This document shows, in pieces, positions 13,668 through 23,396 of a stretch of 64,000 bases of DNA; within the stretch, counting starts at the first letter, position 1; each line of letters begins with the position of its first letter. A program made the translations under genes and the position numbers. The stretch spans positions 58,094,001-58,158,000 of the forward strand of contig NC_043013.1 of the NCBI RefSeq assembly GCF_006345805.1, written 5' to 3'. This DNA is from Octopus sinensis. Its lineage: Eukaryota. The notes below the pieces were generated by a model. That model searched no databases. It saw only the letters and a program-made list of their open reading frames with translations, and was not told the DNA's origin.

Positions 13668-13687
13668 ATTATTATTATTATTATTAT

Positions 13688-14181
13688 TGAGAGCGCTATC
13701 AAAGTAATACTGGGTTAAAATATACGAAGCCCAGTTTACCCATCACAACTACCCATCTGTTAAGGACACATCAGGCACAGGCATCACAACCACATGTGCG
13801 CGACATAGTGATCTCATATCAAGATAAACAGCACATGACTTGCTGGTGGGGCCTAGTCAGAATTTTCTTCAAGTTGAGTAGCCCATCTCACTGGAAAGCG
13901 TTGTTTAACGATGTTGAACAAAACACCCTTGTTTCCAAAGGTGAATTATCCAAAACCCCAAAGTATTCCCCTGGACACATGGCTATGATGTTCTCCCACT
14001 ACTTCTGCTCATGATCATAGATTCCAATATCATCAGCTACTAATGGACATGCTTAGCTGGTTATGGTCACACAACTGACAAGCACATGTGTGGTATTGAG
14101 CAGAATATTTGCTGTAAGCCCATCTTTTATACCAAGACAAAATAATGTACATAACACTTCCAATCACTTAAGATCAGAAGC

Positions 14182-14182
<1 letters not shown>
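13688..14182 (-). mobile_element. About 500-bp non-coding interspersed repeat between (TAA)n arrays
   Basis: Inverted homolog of 11745-11998; no recognisable ORF. Confidence 0.7.
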
Positions 14183-14231
<49 letters not shown>

Positions 14232-14253
<22 letters not shown>

Positions 14254-14447
14254 GGTAGCGTGCTGGCAGAATCGTTAGCATGCCGGGCACGTCCATCTTT
14301 ACGTTCTGAGACTAAACTCCACCAACGTCAAGTTTGCTCTTCATTTTTTGGGGATTGATAAAATAAGTACTAGTTGAGTACTTCTGTCGATGTAACCGAT
14401 TTAAACCCACCTCCAAAATTGCTGGACTTGTGCCTAAATTTGAAATA
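14232..14447 (+). mobile_element. tRNA-derived CORE-type SINE
   Basis: Head 'ctggcagaatcgttagcatgccggg' and CORE-like 'ttcattttttgggattgataaaataagtac'; homologous copy on - strand at 60610-60805. Confidence 0.65.
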
Positions 14448-15695
14448 ATTGTTTACGTTGTTGCTGTCGTTTTTGTTATTGTTATTGCGTGGTGGTTCTG
14501 GTGGTGGTGGTGGTGGTGGTAGTGGTGCTGACTGCTTTTTACTTCTGCTGTTGTTTTCGTTGTCGTCGCTCATTTTCCCAGCATCACTGCCTGTTTGCCA
14601 GAGCTTAATATCAATTATGCCCATCTTTGCTTTGCAATAATACGGGCTAGCATCTTTCCCCTTAACTTATCCCTACATACCATGAATAATCACACCCAAA
14701 TATTCAATATTTCCTTTTAGATAATCAATAACGTTTTCAATGATAGAATTTTTGAAGAAAGAAATAATAAACTGAGATAATCAAATATACCACCTACCCT
14801 TTGGTATTTCCTAGTATTTTCTCATCAGAAAGAGAATTAAATTTTGACAACGGCAGCCGATAATTAGATCACGGCAGTGGAAAGTTCATCTGCACCAACA
14901 TATTGGCTGGGGTCATTTGTATTATATTTTAATTGTATGTGTGTGTGAGAGAGAAAGTGTGTGTGTGTGTACGCTGTGGAAGGACAGTAGTAAAGGCGGA
15001 ATTGGTAAATAATGAAATTGCCTTAGTATCATAACAAATAAACCTAATAACGAAACAGAGAACAGAGTTGCCGTCTTGATTCTCCCAACCGAAGAACAGA
15101 AATGTTAAAAGCCAAATATTTCTTGAAAATGAATAAAACTAGACAACAAATTGGGAAAGGAATGAAAACAACGAAAGAAAAAAGAAGGAAAGAGCGAAAG
15201 AATAATGGCGGAGACTAGAAGTAGAATCGAAGCCATTGAAGAAATATTCTTGTAATCCTATTTGCTTTGAATAAAATGGTAGTTAATAGCAAAAGGTCAG
15301 AGCTTAAAATATGAACCATTTTGAGCAGTAACTCTTTGGAATTACTACAGAAGGCAAGCTGAATGTAAATAGAGTCTAAAAGATATTAGATTGTGGAAGC
15401 TTCTGGTTATATTACAGCATACAAATGACCCTAAACATAGCTAATCGTTATAATCATATCAATTTTGTGGCTGCACAGCAACAACTGATAGTCAAATCTC
15501 GAACTAAGTTTTATAGTAGATGTGTTCAGTACAAATTATGAAGGGACATTGCAGTTTTCTGTATTGTAAATTTTATAACTGTGTACCTGAATATATGTAT
15601 TACCTAATGAGAAATATGAGAGAGTTCCTGTATTTATTATTACACAGGAAATACAGCTCCTTCAAGAAAGCCATCAACTCAAATATTTATATAAG

Positions 15696-15747
<52 letters not shown>

Positions 15748-15792
15748 TATATGTATATATATATATGTACGTATATATATAATATATATACG

Positions 15793-15848
<56 letters not shown>

Positions 15849-15855
15849 GTACGTA

Positions 15856-15922
<67 letters not shown>

Positions 15923-16079
15923 TATAATAATAAATATTAGGGAATAAATCCAAATTTACAGGGAAATCCAATTTTATAGTAACATATTATAAAATATTAT
16001 TAGAGACAAAACCACTATTTTGTATATATATATATATATACTTTATTTTAAGCAGCAGAAAATTCAACAAAATCTGAAA

Positions 16080-16117
16080 CTGTCTGATGAACGGCAACGA
16101 GAAACTCAGAGTAACAG
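16080..16117 (+). ncRNA. Minimal type I hammerhead motif inside a perfect 36-bp inverted repeat (16041-16076 / 16115-16150)
   Basis: CTGT-CTGATGA-A-CG-GCAA-CG-A-GAAA-CTC-A-GAG-TA-ACAG; GUA triplet. Confidence 0.65.
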
Positions 16118-16219
16118 ATTTTGTTGAATTTTCTGCTGCTTAAAATAAAGCATATTACTCTACCACTGGTATTTGAGTACACTTATTCCACCTTGTTTCA
16201 CATTTATGTGTTTACTCCG

Positions 16220-16297
<78 letters not shown>

Positions 16298-16362
16298 GTA
16301 TATATATATGTATATATATATATATGATATATATATACATAAATATATATACGTATATATAC

Positions 16363-16394
<32 letters not shown>

Positions 16395-16414
16395 GTATAT
16401 ATATATATATATAC

Positions 16415-16460
<46 letters not shown>

Positions 16461-16461
16461 C

Positions 16462-16492
<31 letters not shown>

Positions 16493-16517
16493 AGGGTGAA
16501 AAGGAACACACGAGTTG

Positions 16518-17563
16518 ATATATATGAAAAAACAAGTAAAAAATAGAAAATGCTAAAATAATTTTATAGTGAACATTTCAGTACCGGTTTCGGTCATTTT
16601 GAGACCTTTTCAACTGTAACGATTAAATAATTAAATTTAGAAAAATTAGAAGAAAAGTTTTTTTAAAAGAATATTTCTATAGTAGTGTTCAGATTTAAGT
16701 GGCATTCTGCCTTTCTCTGACTCCCTTGTTTGCACTTGTGTGTTCGAGGTAGTTGTGAGCTCTTGGTAGGGTAGTAGAGAGAAGGCTGGTGAGGAAAGGG
16801 GGGTGGGAGAATCTGGGAGTGCCCTTCATAGCTATATTTACACCCATTCATATTCTCCCTTCTCTGTTTTTTCTTCTTCTTCTTCTTCCTCTTCTTCTTC
16901 ATCATCATCGTTATCATCATCATCGGCATCATCATCATCGCCACCATCATCACCACCATCTTCTCCTTCTCCTCCTTCTTCTTCTTCTTCTTCTTCATCA
17001 TCATCGTATCATCATCATCGTCGTCATAATCATCACCACCATCACCATCATCGTCATCTCTTCCTTTCCTTCTCCTTCTCTTCTTCTTCTTCTTCTTCTT
17101 CTTCTTCTTCTTCTCCACCCCTACCCCTTAAGTTTGTCACTAATGTTTTTTAGTATAACACCTACGCTAATTCTATAAAGAAGCCTGTCAATATAAATAT
17201 TCTCCTGAATTGAACTGAGACTGCCAGCCGCCACTGACCATTCAAAATACGACCATCAGGGCACTCCCAGATTCTCCCACCCCCCTTTCCTCACCAGCCT
17301 TCTCTCTACTACCCTACCAAGAGCTCACAACTACTCGAACACACAAGTGCAAACAAGGGAGTCAGAGAAAGGCAGAATGCCACTTAAATCTGAACACTAC
17401 TATAGAAATATTCTTTTAAAAAAACTTTTCTTCTAATTTTTCTAAATTTAATTATTTAATCGTTACAGTTGAAAAGGTCTCAAAATGACCGAAACCGTAC
17501 TGAAATGTTCACTATAAAATTATTTTAGCATTTTCTATTTTTTACTGGTTTTTTCATATATAT
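16518..17563. mobile_element. PLE-type inverted terminal-repeat structure: two 308-bp arms around a (TTC/TCA)-rich spacer
   Basis: 16518-16825 is the reverse complement of 17258-17563 (about 3 differences); each arm carries a hammerhead; no ORF. Confidence 0.8.
16576..16619 (-). ncRNA. Minimal type I hammerhead with U3-A8 core variant; second copy on + strand at 17463-17505 lacks one G in stem III
   Basis: TTACAG-TTGAAAA-GGTC-TCAAAAT-GACC-GAAA-CCGG-TA-CTGAAA. Confidence 0.7.
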
Positions 17564-17764
17564 ATTATTATATATACGTACAAAACGTGAAAATCAGACA
17601 AGGTTGGAATTCCTTTTATTAATATATTCTTCTATACACAATCACACACCCATATATATATATATATATATAATATATCGATATAAAACGTGAAAATCAG
17701 ACAAGGTTGGAATTCCTTTTATTAATATATTCTTCTATACACAATCCACAACCACACACACATA

Positions 17765-17839
<75 letters not shown>

Positions 17840-17850
17840 CGTATATATAT

Positions 17851-20257
17851 AACGGGAAGCTTTATGAAAATAAACAAAAGACGAAGGCAGGTGGAAGACA
17901 AACGAACAATTGTATTAGTATGGCGCTCAGGAAATATAAATAAAACAAGTCTTTAACGTTTCGAGCCTACGCTCTTCAACAGAAAGATACACAGAGAGAG
18001 AAAAACACAGAAAGAAGGAGAGAAAAAAAAATGCGTGCAGTAGCTAACGAATCAACATGGCGATCTGATTTCGGCCAGAGGTCAAAGATCAAACATGAGA
18101 CGCGAGAGCGAAATAAGGGGAGATAATAGGGTTGATAAAAGGGTTGAGTGACCAGCTAAAAGTGCGTGGGAGGGGTCTGGATGTGTGTATGTATAGGGTT
18201 GGTGTATGTATTAGTATGTATACGGGTGTGTGTGTGTGTGTGTGTGTGTATGAGAGAGTATTAGTGCGTAAGATTGGTCTGGACGTGCGTATGTATGGGG
18301 GTGGGTATGTATTAGTATGTATTAGTATGTATTAGTACGTATTGGTATGTATAGGTGTGTGTGTGTGTGTGTGAGAGAGTATAAGTGCGTATGCGGGGTC
18401 TGGACGTGTGTATGTATAGGGTTGGTGTAAGTATTAGTATGTACTAGTATGTATTAGTACGTATTAGTATGTATTAGTTGGGGTGTATTAGTATGGCACA
18501 TCATATGTGATGTGATGAGTAAAGTCATGTGGTGTAGTGAGGAGAAGAGGGGGGAGAAGAGGGGGGAGAGAAGGGGAGGGGAAGAAGAGGGGGAGGAGAA
18601 GGGGGAAGAGGAGACGATGGGGGAGAAGGAAGGTGAGGAGGGGGTGAAGGAGGAAAGAGGGAGAGGGGGAGAGAGAGAAGGGGAGAGAGGAGTGAGGGAG
18701 CAGAGGGAAGGGGAAGAGGGAGGGAGAAAGAGGGAAGGAAGGGAAGGGGAGTAGGGGTGAAAGGATGAAGGACTTAAGAAGTAGGGGTCGGGGGGAGAAA
18801 GGATAGGTGAGGAGGGGGGAGAGGGGGGTTAGATGAGGAGGGGGGGAGAGTTGAGACCAAATGGCGTATAAGAGCGAAGAGAGAAGATTAATTCCTGTTC
18901 ACGGCGCAAACGGGAATCCGGATGGCCTCTGTGTAAGGACAAACCGAACACAGATAGGTGTTGCCAGGAGTGACCGGTGGAGCGGAAATGGCGTGAGACC
19001 GGTGTGTCGTTCGCAAGGTGGATGTCACGAAGGTGTTCCGCGAACCGGTCAGCCAAGCGGCGTCCCGTTTGTCCGATGTACAAGGAATTGCAGAGAGAGC
19101 AAGAGATGCAATAGATAATATTGCTGGAGGTGCAGGTGAAGGAGTGGATGATGGGATAGGGTCGATGGTGGGTGCTAGTGAGGCGGGTGGTGTTGGAGAG
19201 GTAAGGGCAAGTGCGGCAACGTGGGCGGGAGCAGGGGAACGAGCCGGGTTGGGAGGTAGGGTCAGGGAAGGAGCTATGGACCAAAAGGTCTCGAAGGTTG
19301 TGGGCTCGTTTGAAAGAGGGGAGGGGTCGGTTAGGGAAGAGGTGTGAAGTGGACGGGTCGGACTGGAGATGACGGAAAGCTCGAAGAATGGTGCGTTGGA
19401 GACGTAGGGTCGTGGGGTGGTAAGTGAGGGGAAAAGGGAGGCGGGAGACTACAGGGCGGGTTCGGGGAGAGAGAGCAGATACACGGTCCACGGACCGTGC
19501 TCTGGCAAGGGCGGGTGGATAGTGGTGAGGGGGTATCCACGTAGGGTGAAGTGGTGAGCCATACGTGAGACTGAGTCTCAAAGTCATAGTCGTCACTACA
19601 GAGCCTACGTAGACGGAGGAATTGGGAATAGGGGATGGAAAGCTTGGTGTGTTTGGTGGGAGGGAGGAAGAGAAGTTGAGGTATGAGTGTGAGTCTGTGT
19701 TGTTTGTAGTGAAGGGAGGTGGTAAGAGTGGAGTGAAGAATGCTAACCGAAATGTCGAGGAAGGAGACAGAGGTGTTGGAGATAGTGGAAGTGAAGTGGA
19801 GGGCTGGATGGAAAGATTGGACGAAAGAGAGGAAGGAATCCAAATGTTCGCGGGAGAGTGAGGTGGCACCGATAATGTCGTCAATATAACGACCATATAG
19901 TTCAGGAGTGGGACCAGTGAAATTAGAGAGAATATTTGGGCCTCAACATAGCCAACGAACAGGTTCGCATAGTTGGGGCCCATTCGCGTTCCCATGGCCA
20001 CTCCCGAGACCTGATGGTAGAACTCGCCCGCGAACGAGAAGCAGTTCAGAGTAAGGACAAGTTCGGCCAGACGAATGAGTGTGGAGGTGTCAGGTACAGG
20101 GTTAGAGCGGAGGTCAAGAAAGTGTCGAAGGGCCTGCAGTCCTTCGTGGTGAGGGATAACAGTATAGAGGCTTTGGATGTCCATAGTAAAAAGGATTTTG
20201 GAGGAGCCGGGAGGAAAGGAGAAAGAGTTGAAAAGCCGGAGAGCATGGTTGGTATAT
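17851..20257 (-). mobile_element. 5'-truncated Penelope-like element (Neptune-type): RT + Cys linker + GIY-YIG, 3'UTR and terminal repeat
   Basis: LFTMDIQSLYTVIP, GVAMGTRMGPNYANLFVG, SFLDISV, FPCSRPRCRTC, IIYCISCSLCNSLYIGQTGRRLADRFAEH (ORFs 18829-20571 and 19331-19843; frameshifted). Confidence 0.95.
17951..17986 (-). ncRNA. Minimal hammerhead-like motif in the PLE terminal repeat (A6U variant)
   Basis: CTTT-CTGTTGA-A-GAGC-GTAG-GCTC-GAAA-CG-TT-AAAG; sense to the PLE ORF. Confidence 0.6.
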
Positions 20258-22205
20258 AGCCCCCCCTCTTTTCTGCTTTCCGGTTTGGGCTGATGGATCC
20301 TCGGTTCCAGCGTAGCGGGTCGTTCGAGGGCCTTTGCGCTCGCGCGCCTTGGCGCGCGCTGGGGGCTTGGTCGGCCCCTTGGGCTTGCGTTGTATTGCTT
20401 GTGTGTTGTGTGCGTGAGCGCGCTTTGTGTGTGTGGGCTTGCTTCGGGTGTGTGCGTGCGTATGTATACATACATACCCACACACTCGCATGCATCCCTA
20501 CCCACATACATACACGCACACCTACTCACACACACACACATACACACACACACACATACATACATACACACACATACCTACTTCAGACATACACACACAC
20601 AGACATACACCCATACACTCACACTCACACGCATACACACACACACATACACACGCACACGTACACATACACACACACACACACCTACATACATACATAC
20701 GTATATATATATATATATATACGTATATATATATATATATACGTATATATATATATATGAGATGACATCTCAGTGTTTGGTCTCGCCCCCCACAATGGTC
20801 ACCCACTTTCCAGGCTCCACTTGGAGCAACGCTACATCTTCACCCTACAAACTACTACCCCACACGGACTTAACATAGCCCCCTCCTCTTGAGGTCCTCT
20901 TTTTTTTTTTTTTGTTTTGTTTCACGGATACACCACCCATACACACACACACCTACCTCCCACACGCCTGTTCACACACACACATACGTAGACACATCTA
21001 CGTACATACATTCACACATTTAATCACACACACTTATAGACATACATGCACACACTAACATACAAACCAACATGCACATACACACACACATACATACATA
21101 CACACACACATACATACTTACACACACACACACACGCAGACATACATACACATATACATACACACATACATACGCACATACATACACACACACTCACACA
21201 CACACTCACACACACACACCGCACGTACATACTTCACACACACATGCACACATACATGTAGGCACACACACATACATACCCACACATGCACACCCTTACA
21301 CTGAATGCACACACATACACCTTTCTGCATCCAGGCAGCCCCCCCTCTTTTCTGCTTTCCGGTTTGGGCTGATGGATCCTCGGTTCCAGCGTAGCGGGTC
21401 GTTCGAGGGCCTTTGCGCTCGCGCGCCTTGGCGCGCGCTGGGGACTTCGTCGGCCCCTTGGGCTTGCGTTGTATTGCTTGTGTGTTGTGTGCGTGAGCGC
21501 GCTTTGTGTGTGTGGGCTTGCTTCGGGTGTGTGCGTGCGTATGTATACATACATACCCACACACTCGCATGCATCCCTACCCACATACATACACGCACAC
21601 CTACTCACACACACACATACACACACACACACAACATACATACATACACCACATACCTACTTCAGACATACACACACACAGACATACACCCATACACTCA
21701 CATTCACACGCATACACACACACACACAACACACGCACACGTACACATACACACACACACACACCTACATACATACATTACAATTGTACACACACACACT
21801 TACATTCATACACACACGCACCTACACAGCCATACCCTCACTCAGACACACACACCTAACTACACACACACACACAAACACACACAGACACACACCCATA
21901 CATACATACATACATCTACACACACACGCCTACAAACATACATACACACATACATAAACACACACACACACATACACACACATACGCACACACACATATA
22001 CTTATACACATGCACACACACACACACATACATACATACACCCATACACATACACACACACGATACCTACATACTCTATACGCACATACATACACACAGA
22101 CATACACACATACACACTCACACAAACATACACACACACATACTTACCACACACTCGCCTGCACGCGCACACACATGCATACAAAAACCCATACACTCCA
22201 CTCAC
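20258..22205 (+). mobile_element. Second Neptune-type PLE: GIY-YIG C-terminus (20761-20892) + CA-rich 3'UTR, preceded by a partial direct copy of its UTR (20258-20700 matches 21337-21778)
   Basis: DDISVFGLAPHNGHPLSRLHLEQRYIFTLQTTTPHGLNIAPSS* aligns by eye with HLSVFGLSLHRGHPDSRLRREQELIFSLRSYTPFGLNSPP of the adjacent PLE. Confidence 0.85.
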
Positions 22206-22306
22206 GATAAATTTGGCGCGAGTGCGATGATTTGAAAATTTTAGTCAGATATTACCTTGGCAGGGTCGGAAATGCCTCGTGAAAATATCTGTTCCGACTT
22301 GTGGCT

Positions 22307-22412
22307 ATTTCTTACTGAAGAATCTGAGGGCCTATGAAGATTGGCTGTGATTTAATTAATCAGGTTAGTTTACCATTAAACAGCAGATGAAACGGTGCAT
22401 CGTATAAGAAAT
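22307..22412 (+). ncRNA. Complete type I hammerhead ribozyme, copy 1; predicted cleavage after A22404
   Basis: ATTTCTTA-CTGAAGA-ATCTG-(57 nt)-CAGAT-GAAA-CGG-TGCA-TCG-TA-TAAGAAAT: 8-bp stem I, 5-bp stem II, stem III closed by a UGCA loop, GUA triplet. Confidence 0.85.
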
Positions 22413-22789
22413 TACAGGGTAAATGTTTTTAAATTTTCTCCTGTTTACGGAATTGACTTTTATTTGCGGTTGAACTTTGGCTGTTGTTTCTAGTGGGTGA
22501 ATGGCCTATTATGGCCGTTCCTTGATTGTTGATGTTGACTTAAAAATGGTCTATGACTATTTAATTTTTTCCACTAGGCCGCTGGTGGCAAAAAAATTCT
22601 ACAAAATTGTTTTTGCACACCCTATATTGATAATTATGAATTTTCTGGTTAATTCCGTAATGAATCGACGGCTTTATTTATTTGCTGCCGATAAATTTGG
22701 CGCGAGTGCAATGATTTGAAATTTTAGGTCAATATTACCTTGGCAGGGTCGGAAATGCCTCGTGAAAATATCTGTTCCGACTTGTGGCT

Positions 22790-22894
22790 ATTTCTTACTG
22801 AAGAATCTGAGGGCCTATGAAGATTGGCTTGATTTAATTTAATCAGGTTAGTTTACCATTAAAAGCAGATGAAACGGTGCATCGTATAAGAAAT
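22790..22894 (+). ncRNA. Complete type I hammerhead ribozyme, copy 2; predicted cleavage after A22886
   Basis: Core and stems identical to copy 1; indels are confined to loop II. Confidence 0.85.
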
Positions 22895-23396
22895 TACAGG
22901 GTAAATGTTTTTAAATTTTCTCTGTTTACGGAATTGACTTTTATTGCGGTTGTTTGAAGCTTTGGCTGTTGTTTCTAGTGGGTGAATGGCCTATTATGGC
23001 CGTTCCTTGATTGTTGATGTTGAACTTAAAAATGGTCTATGACTATTTAATTTTTTCCCACTAGGCCGCTGGTGGCAAAAAAAAATTCACAAATTTTTTT
23101 GCGACCCTATATTGATTAATTAATACGTATATATATATATATACGTGTTATATATATATACGTAATATATATATATATATACGTATATATATATATATAT
23201 ATATATATATACGTATAATATATATATATATTCGTATTGTATATATATATAATATTATATATATTATATATATAATATATATATATATATACGTATATAT
23301 ATATATATATACGTATATAATATATATTATATATATATATATAGATATATATATATATATAATATAATATATACGTATATATATATATATACGTAT

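Larger units (their letters stand above)
22206..23116 (+). repeat. Tandem 484-bp unit (about 1.9 copies), non-coding, each copy with a hammerhead (retrozyme-like)
   Basis: Unit 1 is 22206-22689 and unit 2 is 22690-about 23116; both start gataaatttggcgcgagtgc; differences are mostly 1-bp indels. Confidence 0.92.

Noticed and set aside
14791-14834. Minus-strand CTCTTT-CTGATGA...GAAA-TACC-AAAGGG hammerhead candidate
   Set aside because: Stem I pairs, but there is no stem II and no NUH triplet.
16663-17178. Poly-K/D/H/S ORFs on both strands
   Set aside because: Produced by TTC/TCA trinucleotide repeats in the spacer of the inverted repeat.
18512-18754. E/G/R-rich ORF
   Set aside because: Purine-rich low-complexity 3'UTR of the PLE, read antisense.
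21072-22235. 387-aa ORF and many other H/T-, Y/I- and C/V-rich ORFs across the window
   Set aside because: Read-through of (CA)n, (TA)n and (TG)n microsatellites; no protein-like composition.
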